From: Rhynchobatus australiae
Taxonomy: Eukaryota
Length of the DNA: 64,000 bases
NCBI GenBank assembly: GCA_034780895.1
Contig: JAUZTB010000107.1
Location: 17,820,912-17,884,911 of the forward strand
Direction: 5' to 3'
Shown here: piece after piece, positions 50,296 through 64,000 of the stretch
How positions within the stretch are numbered: the stretch's first letter is position 1
Layout: the number at the start of each line of letters is the position of its first letter
Translations under genes and position numbers: made by a program
Notes under the pieces: model-generated
The model's database searches: none
Told to the model about the DNA's origin: nothing
Seen by the model: the letters and a program-made list of their open reading frames with translations, nothing else

Positions 50296-52789
50296 CTGTA
50301 GATTAAATAAAGATTTTATTCCTCTCAAATACAGGTTGTAAGCACCATATAACAGCTTAACATAATTTTTGTGTTACGTGAGAAGAATTTTTTTTAAAAA
50401 TTGCACCATACCTAACATTATGTTAATATTCATTTTTACTCAATAATGTTCATTATATTTTATTCAATACCTTATTAGTCATACCCAAGTGCCACAAAAG
50501 GGCAACAATTCTTCCTGCTTTGGATAAAATCTGCTACTTTGCTTTGCTGCAGTGTGAAATACAACTCTGCATCAAGTCACCCAGCGCTGTGGGAAATTGT
50601 GTTTCTCTTTCCGCACAATCAGGGCTGTAGCAGAGGAAAAAGCAGCTTGCCAAACTAAACTTTACTAGCTTATTGGAGACCATCAATGTTCTACAGTACA
50701 TCTACATAGGCACAAAAACCAAGCAGACTCACACACCCTGAATGGATGGGAAAAATAAGTGCATATACCAAAGTCTGATACAAGGCCCACACCTCTTCCT
50801 CAAACTACAAAAAAGGCAACGAGCTGAAAATTGAAGAGATTTATTGTTGGTAGTTTTCCCTACAGCATTCAGTCAGTGAAGGGAAACCACACTGCAGTTC
50901 ACCAAACAAATGTCCTATTTTGCTGGCTGGGTTGTCTCCTCCAGTCTAACCACGCACCATGGCAACCAAAATGACATCATGATTTTGGCAAGAAACCCTA
51001 TGATAAAGCGAGACTTTAAAAAAAGGCTTCAGCAGCAGTTTGAATGCATTTAATTTAGTTTTTGTCTGGTAGAACCAGATACTATGCATTCCACACGCAG
51101 AATATTCATGTGACTTTTTACGAGTCATCAGCCTCATTACCAAGCAACTTTTTGAAACATTTCCAATTTTACTTTCCTGACGGCTTATTCATTTGAGGCA
51201 GCAAGAGAACATTTTACATGTATTTTCTTGCCCAGCTGAGCTGCTATGTATAGAATTTCCACCCTCTTCCCGGTGGAATTTTAACCTGATGTTTGCCAAG
51301 TTACTTATGCTCCCCAGGAAGGAAGTTCTCAACCCGCCAACAGATGTGAAAAAGCTACAAAAACAAAAATGTGCCTAGGCAGGACCCATCAAAGTGGTAA
51401 ATGAAGGCAAAATAGGACTTACTGAAAGTTTAGAAATAAATGAGGTTAAAAATTATTTGAAAATAAAACAGTTCAAGAGTTATGATTAACTTCAAAATGA
51501 GAAGCAAAAATTGCTTAAGGCATTAAAAAAAGTAAAGCAGAGGGAAAGCATCAAACAAAACATTTGAGTGTTTTGTTGAGCCTCAAAAAGCCATATACAC
51601 ACTAAAGCCACGTCCACATTAATTATAATCCATCTTGAGCAGTACACATTAGGAAATCTTAAACATTCTGATTTATTAATTATCCCCTAATGATATTAAA
51701 AAGCCACCATTTCCAAACATTCCAGCCTACGAAGCCAAAAGAATCAGGTCAAATGGATTTTAAAAGCAAGAAGGCTACATGGTACTGGGGCTACAGATTG
51801 GCACTGCAGGTCAACAGTGCTAACAAATCAAAACACACCTGTACAATGTAATGATCTGATAAATCCTTGGTTCAATGCAAGTTAACCCTCAATCACCATG
51901 CAAAGCAAAATGTCTCACACATCTGAGCCCTCAGCACATATTTCTGACCACATTGCTTCTTCCACAACACTACAAATTATTATAACATACAAATCCCATT
52001 CTTAGCTGTGCCAGTAATTTGGCTGCATTCAGCAGGAAATGGAAGCAAACAAAAAGGGAGGCTATCAAAGTTCTAAATCAGCTCCGGGCGATTGTATTTG
52101 AGCAGACTGCAGTTACTATGAAAGCCCTCAAAAGATATCACAGAAAGCAATGGAAAAGTATCGCTGCAGTGCACACCAGCTGCCTAGGAGGAATATCTGC
52201 ATGTGTAAAACTCACTTAATACTAGAATGAGAAGTTGTTTAATATTTTAATTTAAAGTCTACATAGAATTTATGGAATGATTTGTCTCAGAACTATTTAT
52301 AATGGCAGCTGCTAACTTCCATATCCTGACCCATTTTTCTGTATGGGAACTGGAAACCACGCCAACATGCCACATAAAAGAATTAAAGAACAATGTCTCT
52401 AGGCATAATTTTTAAAAAAATAGAAAACCCATAAAATATTTAACTATAACTGACAGTTAACAGTACAGAATAATTGGTCTAATCTTTATATAGATGTTAT
52501 ACTGAGAATTTTGCATATTCAAAAGTTAATCCAAAAATAACCCCCTGAAAGATTTAACAGTCTTAAAACAAAAGATAACTGAAACTTCAGACTAGAGTGC
52601 ACAGATTTAATGTACAGGCGACCCCCACGTTGTGGGGGAGTGGGGTTTGTGGATGGCCCATATCCCAATCTCCCACAACACAAAATCACGTCGTATACAC
52701 ATGCATCAAGAAACATTTCTTCACCTCCTCCCCCTCCACCCCCAAAATCAATTCTGGAAGAGCAAATTTTATCCCGTATCTTAGACTTC

Positions 52790-53110
52790 CAGGTAGCGAT
52801 TTGTTAATTCTCTGCAAGGGTGAATTTCTGTTACCCAAAAAGCCATAACAAGGAGGTCACCTGAAATTGGTAGAAGCATTTGAGAGGAGTTATTTTTCTG
52901 GCCAGAGTGTTGAAGGTCTGGCACTCGCTGCCTGGAAAAGGCAATGTATACAGAAACCCTCTCTACATTTAAAGTACCTGGTTGAATAATTGAAACTACA
53001 AAGCTATGAACCTAGAGCTGGAAAATGGAAAGTGTCTGAATAGCATCTTTAGCTGTCAATGACCTGACAGGACTAATGGCCTCTTTCCAGGTGGTGGAGT
53101 TCTATGATTC
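52790..53110 (+). mobile_element. CR1 3' remnant
   Basis: TRRS.LK...RSYFSGQ.V..VWHSLP-like decayed C-terminus and the tail ttctatgattc. Confidence 0.6.
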
Positions 53111-56100
53111 AAAGCAACCCGGGGAAAAAATGATCCAGATTTAAGGGACGTCTGCTTCAAAAGTTAATTATGAACAAATGGCACAAAATGAAAGAAGATT
53201 GATGTTTTGAACACAAAGAGACATACAAACACAATTCACTGAGATATTGTTGTCATTGTGACCTTTTTTTTGACACCTGCTGGAGAATTTTAAGGATTTA
53301 GAAGTAGCCAGATGGTCACTCTATTTCCTTGCCCCAGTTGTAGAAATGAGGATGCTGAATTTGGATTTAAATCCAGTTGTTAGATGAGAAAGCTCATTTA
53401 AATTACGAGTCCCAGCTTAGCTGCCAAAGAACAACGTAATATTTGCACTTGGTTGCAAATCAAAATACAATGAGGAATTGTTTACATGGAAAACACATGG
53501 AAATTCTAGAGGCTTATGCATATGCATGAGTAAATTTTCAGTCTTAATTTTAGTTGCAGTTTAACAAAGCATACCGTTGTTCCCACCACTGATCTTTTTT
53601 CCTTTCTGCTTTGCCAGTGTCTGCTCCATTTAAATCTGATCCAGCTTTGTGGAATATGAAAAACACGGCTCAGATCACAGCCGATAACACTGAAAATGAC
53701 CTCTCCTTTTATCCGTCTACAAGGAGATGAAGTCATGAACATAAAGATGTCAAGTCAGTTTGCATAATGTTGCAGATCGGGTTTTACTGGACAGGATTCC
53801 TTGAGCTTAAGTGGATTTTGCTTCCCGCCAAAAATTATGTGCAGTAAACAAAGAATAGAAATGTAAAAAGGTAAAACAGAAAAGTAAATAGTTATACAAC
53901 CAACAGCAAAGGAATTACATAGTCACTTAAAACAATTCCAAATTTTATGATTCAAATATTTTTAACACGAAGAAAAAACACTCAAATATATTTCACTAAC
54001 TCACTACCAAAATACCTAACAGCTAATGATGTAGTTTTAAGTGTAGGTACAACCGCAATCCAGGAAAACAGCCAAATCAACCTGTGTTTAGCAAGATCCA
54101 AAAAAAAGCACTGAATTAAGATCAGATAAACTGCTTTAGGAGGCAAGTATGATCAGATAAAATCAATGACACCAATTTTGTTTGCATAATTTACAAACGA
54201 TCCTTCAGCAAACTTTTCAATTCTAAGTTACATTATAATTTTTAATAGATGGGGAAGGCGAATAGAAGCTAACCTGGATTAGCACTTCTGGTCCAGACCC
54301 TAGTCTAAAGCACCAGAAATTTATTTAGAAATGATCACACCAGCACAACATTAAAAAAAACACCAAAAAACATAACTGCTTAACCCTGACAGAAAAACAA
54401 ATGTTCAGCCATCAGCTTTTTCCCCCAAAACAAACACAGACCTCAAAACTTCCTTACATTTTCCCTATACATATCCAAGGTATTATCACACCACCAGACA
54501 AAATAGTTAAATCAAATCAAGTGCTACCAGCTTGGCAAATATGCCACGAGAAAACTGGAAGTTCTGACAAAGGGTTAAATGTAATGCAGTCTGCAGCTGA
54601 AAAAAAATGTTGCGGTGCTGAACATTCAAATAAAGGCAACTTATCTCATGTTTCCAACAGAAAACTGTTTATGGCATTATAATGTAACCCAGAACTCCAG
54701 TTACAGATGTTTCCCTATATTTTTGGACCATCTTTAAAGCAAGTCTCTCACACCCCTTTCCAGCAGCTCTTGAATTCCTCAAGGTTCATCATTTTTTCAG
54801 CCCCTCACAGTATACTATTATTCAGCCAAACTCCTTTTCTCCTCCCATCACAAAAGTTCCCAACTGATGAACTGAACATCTCCAAAATCATGTTCACCTG
54901 AATCAGAATGTAACCTAATCAATTATCAAACTAGTAGCAAGCATACTGGCCAACATTTGAGTTCCAGCTCAGTTGTAACTTTAGAAAATACCTTGAAGTC
55001 AATTTCTAAATTCAATTTACTCTTCAGTTTATCCATTCTAGTTATCACAGTTCAAGGCCAAGGAGAGAGACACACAGAAGGAGCAGATCATCACAAAAGG
55101 ATGCCTCCTGTTGTTTCAGCCATCTGGACACCCACACTAAACAAACGGAGAACCACTACCAGAAGATGTTGCCCTCACCAATGAGATTGCATCTTTGCAT
55201 TATTTTCTAGAACAGAAATCAGCAGAAGAGCTAAAGAATGACAAATCTGTTATCCTACATGTTATTGTGTGTCATTTTACAAATTCCATTTTCACTACAC
55301 TGAATGAGCTCAAAGAAAAGCATTTGCACGGGGCGGGGGGGGGGGGGGGGGAAAGAANNNNNNNNNNNNNNNNNNNNNNNNNNNNNNNNNNNNNNNNNNN
55401 NNNNNNNNNNNNNNNNNNNNNNNNNNNNNNNNNNNNNNNNNNNNNNNNNNNNNNNNNGGGGGGGAAAGAAACAAGATGCAGATGTTGAAGCTCAAAATTC
55501 ACTGAGTATCAAGTGCCTGTCATTTGACACGGTGCAGCAGTGCAGGCAGCTGGTACAGAACGGTTCTGGTACATAGCCTTTTCACCCCTGAGCTACTGGC
55601 TCGGCTTTAGTAATGGGCTTTTGAATGCTTGCATTCTCATTATACGCACACAAATACTGAAACCTGGATACCCAAATTAAAACAGGCATGACTACTGAAA
55701 AAGGACTTTGGTTTCAGCAATTTTAAATCATTTTCTGAATCTATTAGTCTAGGACTTAACCATCTTGGAATATTAAAATTAACGTTTAGTTTAAGCCTTA
55801 AAGCACATTATAACCATTTTTCCATCTTAAAGTTCAATACTAAGAACATCTGACCATTTTAAGTACAAAACACCTAGTGCCTTATTCTTAATTTGTCCCT
55901 CCCCCTGTCAATAAGAATGTATATAAATTTGTACATCTATTTAAAAAGTATTTCAATAATTAATTGATTATATTAACTTTATTATCATATTTTGTCATTG
56001 TGCTTGTCTAACAATCCTTTCAAAATAAATTGAAACAAAGTTCAAAATAAAATGACACTGACATAATCAGAACTTTCATAAAAGGACATGTTCATATAGA

Positions 56101-58031
56101 GCTTTAAATTTCAAATGAAAGGGCTTGAAAATTACAATGAATGCAGCTGTTTAATGAAAACAATTTTTTTAAATTCCCACTTTGAAAATATTTTTGTGTC
56201 CAAAACAATTAAAATTCTAAGTGCTAAGTAAAGAAATAACCAGAATTTAAACTTTTCTGCTAAGACAGCAAGTAGAAGAGACGAACATATGGAAGATCAT
56301 TTATGCCAATTATATGTGGACCAAACCAAAGTGACCTCTGGCATTGCCATTAATGTTACTGAGTTAATGTTTGCTGAAAGAGATTGCTTCCAGGTCACAA
56401 CAGCTGCTAACACAGCAGCAGAAAATAAATATGTACCCCAAAATTTCATCAAAACGACAAAAGAATAAAATCTGATTATGGATGCCATATCCACATGAAT
56501 AACCCAATTCCTCCCATTAAAATTTACTTCCATCTTTGATTATGCAAATATGATAGTCAAGTTTCTCCAACATTTTGCAAAAATCACCTTTGACAAAACT
56601 ACATTTTGTTTGGCATTAGTGGGCTATATCAAAACTAACAATTTCAAACTCAATACTGTAAAAACCAGAATGGGAATGCCAGTTATAACAAAAAGGAATA
56701 AAAATAATAATCAGAAATAGGTTGCAGTAAATTTGGCTGACATGCTCTATTATGTTGAATCACACTAACAACATTTCAACCGAGGTTCTAATTCAATGGA
56801 AATTGATTTACATCACATCTTCATGATAAACGCTCACAGAGAACTATGGGTACATTATTTTTTGTGGAAATTCCCAAACACCTTCCACGGTATTTTGTGG
56901 AAAGAAATGCACATAGAGTGAAATCAAGGCTGCCAAGTTCAAAATAAACAAGGAAAGAAAAACCTTCAGCAAGTTATTAAATCGTTTGTCTCCACTAAAG
57001 ATTTCACCCTCAGAAAACTACAGTGCTTGCATGTAAAGTGAATAGTAAAATGCACCCAAGAAAGCAATCAAACTTCGCGAACATTAAGTTCTGCCTGGAA
57101 GTTAATCATTTAAAACAGAAATGCTGCTTTCCTTTGTTCCTCACTCATCTCAAGTTTTTACTTGCGTTCAGGCTGTTACAGTAGTAATTAATTAACTGTT
57201 GCAGCTTTAAAACAGGACCAGAAGGCTTCTTAAAGATTTGCAACATTATCTGAATCTGCAGGTCAAATGCTCATACATGCTTTAGCAATTAAGTTTGCTT
57301 TATATTTTTAATGAATGAAGTCCAAAAATACGCAGCTTGAATTGATTTACTAACGCAAGCGTGGATAGTACTGTACCAAATGTGGTTTGTGCAGTACTTG
57401 TGCCAAACAGCTTTAAACCAGTATTGCTTTAGGCTGCAAAATCAAGCCATTACCACTCCTTTAAACAGCACGTAGAGGCAGCTTAACACAAGTAGCCCGA
57501 CAGTTACATTGTGGGTCATCTTCAATCGTAATTGAACTCCCGAGAGTAATGCAAAACACTATGTGCAAAATCTTTTAAACCAAACAAAATAGGACTAAGC
57601 TATAATCAATCTGGGCAAACGGATTCCTTTTGGCTCGACAATCATCTCTTCCAACGTTGGAGAGAAGAGGCACATCCTTCAATGTCAAAACTTTCTCAGA
57701 ACTACACAGGAAACGATAAGCTAAACAAAGAGTCAGACTGTGGAAGTACAACATGGCTCCTCAGACAGCCAGCAAGTTCTCTTTGTTAGCATGGCTGCAA
57801 CCTCTTAGGGCCCTGGGCATAGCTTTTTCACCAGTTAAAAACAAACATGAAATCAAGACAAGAAAATCAACAAGTTTAAAAACTGATACTAAACATAAAA
57901 ACCAAATAGAATCAAATTAATTTATGTCCTGGTCCTGAAGAAAATGGAACATTCAACAGTCAAAAAATAAAACCCTGACAATGCATTCAAGTACAGCAAA
58001 GACTAAAACAAGCTAGAGTTATTGTTTTTAC

Positions 58032-58113
58032 CTTCAAAGCAAAGGATGCCAATATTGTTGCTCATCTTGTCCAAGTACTGATAATTCAACAGGTCCATTT
58101 TCTTAAGTAGCAT
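58032..58113 (-). CDS. VGLL4: vgll4 coding exon 1 (long isoform), MLLKKMDLLNYQYLDKMSNNIGILCFEG
   Basis: Hand translation closely matches the human VGLL4 isoform N-terminus MLFMKMDLLNYQYLDKMNNNIGILCYEG. 82 nt, donor G|gtaaaa, phase 1. Too short for the ORF track. Confidence 0.95.
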
Positions 58114-58720
58114 TTACTGGACAGCAAAAAGACCAGCTGTTTGCTTAACCAGATAACGCGCTTCAGACTAGCTCCTGGCTGTGTTTTTCTCTCTCTCCCT
58201 CTGTCTCTCCCCAAAGCTGAAGGCCCCAGCCTTTCAGATATATAAAAAAAAGTTGTACCCTTCTAGAATACTGAGTGGGGAGAGGCGGGTTTAAAACAAA
58301 AAAAAAGGACTGGTTTCTATTCCCCTCCCCTCACAGGGAAGAAACTCTTGAGTTCATGGTTAGAGGGCTCAGTTCTGACGGAGACAAAACACGCCAGCTC
58401 TCCTCACAGCCCGCTGCAAGTTAACTGCACAGACATGCAGGATATGCTTGGTATGACTCGAATGCGAACCAGCNNNNNNNNTGTGAGCGGGCAGCCGACC
58501 GGGCATGCTCAGTGCGGCCCCCGAGCGCCTCAAATGGCACGGCTCCCCCTTCCCCTCCCTCCTCTCTGCACACGAGCAGGGCTGGAAGTGGGAGGGAACA
58601 AGCCGGGGTGGGGGCAGAGAAACGGGGCAGTGTTCACCCGGCCTTCCATTTCAAACACTGCTGGCTCTGCAAGAGAGAGAAAAAAAATTACAAGCAGCAG
58701 GCAGATTTTGCGAGCACAAC
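58114..58720 (-). promoter_or_regulatory. 5' UTR and GC/CpG-enriched promoter of the vgll4 MLLKK exon
   Basis: The most GC/CpG-rich stretch of the window (58380-58650), with GC-box-like GGCGGG and GGGGTGGGG, and a TATA-like AT run at ~58238-58247, directly upstream of the ATG. Confidence 0.6.
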
Positions 58721-59529
58721 CTTTGCATTTTTTGCACACTTGATTTCAGTATTAAAACTCACATTTGCAGAAATATTAACTTACTGCAACTAATGTTTTT
58801 TTTTAATTAAAAAATGTTTACAATAAGAGCTCTGGCAGGACAACACCTGTTTGGAAATGTTCCCAGATACAGACAGGCTTGATCCAGTGTTTTCCACTAC
58901 ACACTGTGCATTTCTTTCTAGTTATTTATTATTTTGTCCCTCCACTCCCTTTAGGTTTTCTCATCAAGCGCACTAGCGAGTGACCAATAAGTTAGACAGT
59001 CTGAAAAGTTGCATCCAGATCTCTGAAACAATTATTTAATCATCTACTGAAAGAACAGGAATTGGTCTCCACTAAAACTTCACCATAAGGCGGAACTGAA
59101 TGAATTACAAGCACAGTCGCCCATTTCTGACGTTAAGAGGAGTTTCAAAATGTGCATCGATGGTCAATGCACGGATTCTCAAAACTTTAATTGGAGCAAA
59201 AATAAAACTGGAGACTGGAAGTCCAAAACAAATCAGAAGGTGCTGCAAGTACTCACCAAGTCAAGCAGTATCCATGAGGAGAACAGACTGAACAATGCAG
59301 GTTCATAAGAACTGGAAAAGATATTTCTGCTTCTCAAAATTTTAACGATTCAAATGGAAAAGAATGTGAGACTCCAGTATTAGTTTATTTTAAGTACACA
59401 CTGAGGTGTATATTTTTGTTCCCGTTATTGAATTTCTTACTAGACATTGAGCTCTGTGTTCAAAATCAACACTACAATGTCTACAAGGAACAAAGGCTTA
59501 GATGTTCATTTGAAGCATTTAGAATATTG

Positions 59530-60480
59530 ATTTAGAGTCATACAGCTCAGAAACAGGCTCTGTAGCTCAACGTCCATCAGCTACCATCTATGCTAATCCC
59601 ATTTTCCCACACTTGGCCCATAGACTTCTCTGCCATGGAATGTCAAGTGTTCATTTAAGTACTTCTTACATGTTGTGGAAACATCTGCCTCCACCACCCC
59701 CTCAGGCAATGCGTTCCAAGTTTCAACCATCCTCTGGGTGAAAACAATTCTTCTTCAAAACTCTCTGAAATCTCCAACACTTTGCCTTAAACCTATGCTC
59801 TTTGGTTATTGATACCTTTGCTAAGGAAAGAATTTTTCACCATGTATCTTTGCCCCTCAATTTTCTAAACCTCAGTGAGGTCCCCCTTCATTCTTCTCCC
59901 TAACAAGGAAAACAAATCCAATCCATTCAGTCTCTCCTCACAACTGAGGTGCTTCATCCTAAACAACATCCTAGTGAATCTGAACTCCAATGTAATCATA
60001 TCCTCCTTCCAGTGTGATGACCAGAAATGCATGCATTACTGCAGCTGTGGCCTAACTAATCTTTTATATAGTTGAACCACAAGCTCCTTGCTCTTATATT
60101 CTTTGCAAATATCTGTTTGCAATTTGATATACCCGTGCTGCTGCCTTCAGTGATCCTTGCACATGTAACCCAACGTCCTCTGAACTTCCGGGGGTCCTAC
60201 CATTCATTGTGTATGAGCTAGCCTTATTAGTCCTGCCAAAATACATAATCTCACATTTTTCATGATTAAATTCCATTTCCCATTGCTGTGTCCATTTTAC
60301 CAACTCATCAATACAAGTGCGTATCCAAAGACTACCTCCCTTGCTATCAACACCACCGATTTTTTGTGTCAATTGTGAACATCTAATGACAGCTCTTATA
60401 CTCTTACACGCAGATCATTAATGCAAATAACATACAGCAAAGGTCTCAGCATCGATTCCTGTGGTACACCACTGATCACA
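59530..60480 (-). mobile_element. CR1 LINE 3' fragment
   Basis: ORF 60094-60372 (TQKIGG...KWTQQWEMEFNHEKCEIMYFG) and a CR1 tail at 59530. Confidence 0.85.
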
Positions 60481-63214
60481 TGCAATTCTAAAATGAATTT
60501 AACCTATGACTAATTCAGAAGAGTATTAAACATTACAACTGGTGTCAATTGTAAAAAAAACATATTCAAATACAAATTGACCATGCTTATATATAAAAAA
60601 ATGGAGCTTTTATAAAATGACAAACAAGACCTGTTGAAATGCTTTGAGAGTGAATGTTGCTGTTTCAGTACATACAACAGGATATATGGTAAAAGGTCAT
60701 TAAACAGTGCAAAGTAGATATGTTAAAACAGAATACTCAAGTCCCCAAACTAACACCTTTCAGCTTTACATTTCTAGGGTTCAAATCCAAGACTTTTGAA
60801 AATATTTTGCCATATACATAAAAAATAATGAAGTTCTCTAATGTATATCAACATTTAGTTAGAAACATAGACCAGTGGATCAGGGATCAATCCTCCACCA
60901 CCACCACTGAGCTAGTTGATCTCAGTTCATTTGCTGCAGAGATATCATAACCATATTCAGAAGCTTTAGGATGGACCAATAAGTCTGTCATTATGTTGAT
61001 ACGAAAGTCACCAAACAAGAATCACCACAGGTGCTCTGCATATACAGTATATGACCCTATTAAACTAAGAGAATCCAAACAACAAATTCCCAATAAAATT
61101 GAAGCAAACCTTTCCAACTGAATCCCAATGTTGTTATCAGTGTCAATAAAACATTCTGGCCTGGATGTTGAATTGCAATAATGCTTTCCCCCACCTCCCA
61201 ATTAGGCACTTGAAATTAGATTTTTCCCCAAGTGAAACATGAAATCAACCACTTCTGGTATGCTTTGCACCACCAGAAGTTCCTGTCATAAACAAAACAT
61301 ATGATCCCAGTGCAACTTCTGTACATGCTGCATGGCAGGACATGCAATACTCCTTTTAAAGAACTGTAGAGGAAGTCGAATCATGCTGGGACCTCCCCAC
61401 CCCACCAAATTTCCAAATAGTTTCCTGATCCTGCAATTTTAACTTGGCTATTCCACCCCCACCAACCACATTATTTCCCAGCTTCTGGTTCTGTACGCCT
61501 GCTTCATTTCTCAGCCTCTAATTACTCTTCCCAACCTTCCAGATATGCTCAAAGGCCACTACATGGTTTCCAGCCTCCAATTGCACTCAGTACTACCATC
61601 AAATGTTGGATTCCCAGGACACACCCCCAAGCCCAGACTCGGATTGAATTCCTGAGCCCAGCTAAAACAGTTGTCCCACACATGTGCACCATTCTAGCAC
61701 ACCCTTTGAAGGGCTCTGGAATTTCTTGGCTCTTTTTTTGAGGTTGCTATAGTTCTCTTATAACTAGGGTGAATGGTTGGGAATATCATAAAATCAGGGA
61801 TATTGCTCCTATTTCCAATTCAATGGCTTCTGGAATTCAGAAAAACAAAACAAACAGAAATGAGGAAGAAATCTGGGAGCTAGTCTGCGATTTACCTTAG
61901 GATAGAGGGGTATTTTATTAAGTTTGAGGGAAAAAAAGCAACAGACATAAAGATTAATAAATTGTTGTAATTTAATTGGGACTTGTACTTTTCCAATAGC
62001 TGCCAACCACACTTCCAATTTTTCACTAAATCAGCAATACTTGAGATATGATAGAGAATGGTATCAGATTGTGTGGTCATGACCTGATATGGCAATCCAT
62101 CATCATCTACTCACATATACATTTTCCCCAGTGATTATTCCAGCAATTTGAACTGAGAATTCTGGGCCATTTTTCTTATCCATTTTACCCCATGAGCATT
62201 GGGACCAGGATTGACCAATCATTTGCCTTCATTGCAATAAATGGATTTGTATGGACCATATCCTCACCAGCAGTGTTTTTAGCTTCATGTCCACTGGGTT
62301 TATGCTTAATTCTTCTAAAAATAGTTCCAATGCTATTCTACTTATTTTTTTGCAATGTGTTTTCTCTGGCACAAGCACTTAATGACAAAAATTTGTGAAT
62401 TCTAGGGTAAGTACGTTCAGTTTTTGAAATTACTGTAGGGATTAATTGGAATGATTTTTAAAAAATATATAAATAAATCTCTTCAAAAAATAAAGACATT
62501 CTTATAATTGATGGGGGGGGTGGTGGGGGGAACAATTTTCTGGGTTTACATCAACACTTCCAATGGGGTCACTGAGAATGTACTAGGTAGTATAACCATG
62601 ATAGTAGAATTACAACAAAATATGCATTCTGGAACATTGATCCAAAAGGATGTCAATTAAAAATGGCAATAACAATATATCAATAGGCAATTAAGTCAAA
62701 AGTTCTGTGATATCAAAATTGGAGTTATTTTTTTTAGTCTTCTATATACTTCAATAGATTTTTATGCTACATTTTCTAATCTTAGCTAGTTTGTGGTAAT
62801 TATTTAAAAATCATTTCAACGTAGGCAATGCTGTCATACTTGACACGTTAAAATATCAATGCAAGGACTATCACTGTTTCTTTCTGACTTTCTGCAGTAA
62901 ATATATTGTCCAACTTTGAAGACCAAAGCAACTCCATAATTTTGCTTAAAATTCAAGTTTGTTTCTTCTTTAGTAGCAGGGTAGGTTGTATAATAGATAA
63001 TAAGTTACACATTATTCCTAAAAATATGCCCGTGGTAAATGCTGATCCACCAAAAAAAACTTGTGGAATTGTACAGATGGTCTCACAGGTATCTCAATCT
63101 AACATTCACTGTAACAAACCTGGCTCAGTTCAGTTCTAGTAAGCCTCGTGTTTCTGCACACAAGTATTAAAAATGGGCTTTCAGGTAAAGCTGCAGTCTG
63201 CAACAAGCTGCAGT

Positions 63215-64000
63215 AAAGCTTGTTCAAGATAGGGATATCCCTGGGAATTACAGGCCAGTGTGTCCTACTTCAGTGGTGGGCAAATTACTGGAGAAGATTC
63301 TTAGGGACAGGATTTATGGGCATTTGGAGAAGAATAGGCTGATTAGGGACAGTCAGCATGACTTTGAGAGGGGCAGGTCGTGCCTCACGAACCTGATTGA
63401 ATTCTTTGAGGATATGACAAAGCACATTGATTAAGCTAGAGCAGTGGATGTGGTGTATAAGGCACTTGACAAGGTTCCTCATGGAAGGTTCATTCAGAAC
63501 GTCAGGAGGCATGGGATCCAGGAAAAGTTGGCTGTGTGAATTCAGAATTGGCTCGCTCATAGAAGACAGAGGGTGGTTGCTGACGAAGAGGATTCTGCCT
63601 GGAGGTTGGTGACCAGTGGTCCACGGGGTTCTGTTTTGAGACCCCTGCTCTTTGTGATTTTTATAAATGACTTGGATGAGGATGTGGAAGGGTGAGTTAG
63701 TAAGTTGGCAGATGACATGAAGGTTGGTGGTGTTGTGGATAGTGTAGGAGGTTGCTGTAGGTTACAACAGGACATTGATAGGATGCAGAGCTGGGCTGAG
63801 AAGTGGCAGATGGAGTTCAACTTGGAAAAGTGTGAAGTAATATACTTTGGAAGACTGAATTTGAAGGCAGAATACAAGGTTAATGGCAGGACTTTTAGCA
63901 GTGCGGAGAACAGAGGTATCTTGGGGTCCACATCCATAGATCCCTCAAGGTTGCTGCGCAGGTTGATAGGATTGTTAAGAAGGCGTATGGTGCACTGGCC
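63215..64000 (+). mobile_element. CR1 LINE RT region (decayed, runs off the window)
   Basis: PGNYRPV, QHDF..GRSCLTNLIEFFE, LFVIFINDL, LADD and WAEKWQMEFN..KC motifs with stops. Confidence 0.9.

Noticed and set aside
58348-58810. Plus-strand ORFs over the promoter
   Set aside because: They are by-products of GC richness and a small gap, with no protein similarity.

Overview
Eukaryotic, AT-rich, repeat-rich vertebrate DNA with many N gaps. The repeat landscape (V-SINE/HE1-like SINEs, DeuSINE-like copies, CR1, L2, Rex, RTE and Penelope relics) points to a cartilaginous fish (inference). The main feature is a complete minus-strand vgll4 gene (vestigial-like 4, a TEAD co-repressor in the Hippo pathway). 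I built five coding exons by hand (58113-58032, 50295-50109, 32596-32380, 29222-29099, 20874-20594; 82+187+217+124+281 = 891 nt, 296 aa), all with GT-AG introns and matching phases, followed by a ~2.1 kb 3' UTR. An internal alternative first exon (MIKVR, 37014-37001) gives a 211-aa short isoform, and its start codon is overlapped by an out-of-frame uORF. The locus also carries signs of a Hippo feedback circuit: tandem TEAD (M-CAT) motifs in intron 2 and 8-mer sites for miR-130 and miR-221/222 in the 3' UTR. Downstream there is a phase-compatible set of candidate exons of an unidentified minus-strand gene (9416-1866), and no recognisable ATG7 terminal exon. Penelope-derived repeats carry decayed hammerhead-ribozyme cores, and one fragment looks like an ingi/Vingi LINE. 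No prokaryotic systems, CRISPR arrays, rRNA or intact tRNA genes were seen. Repeat boundaries are approximate, and comparisons to human proteins are from memory.
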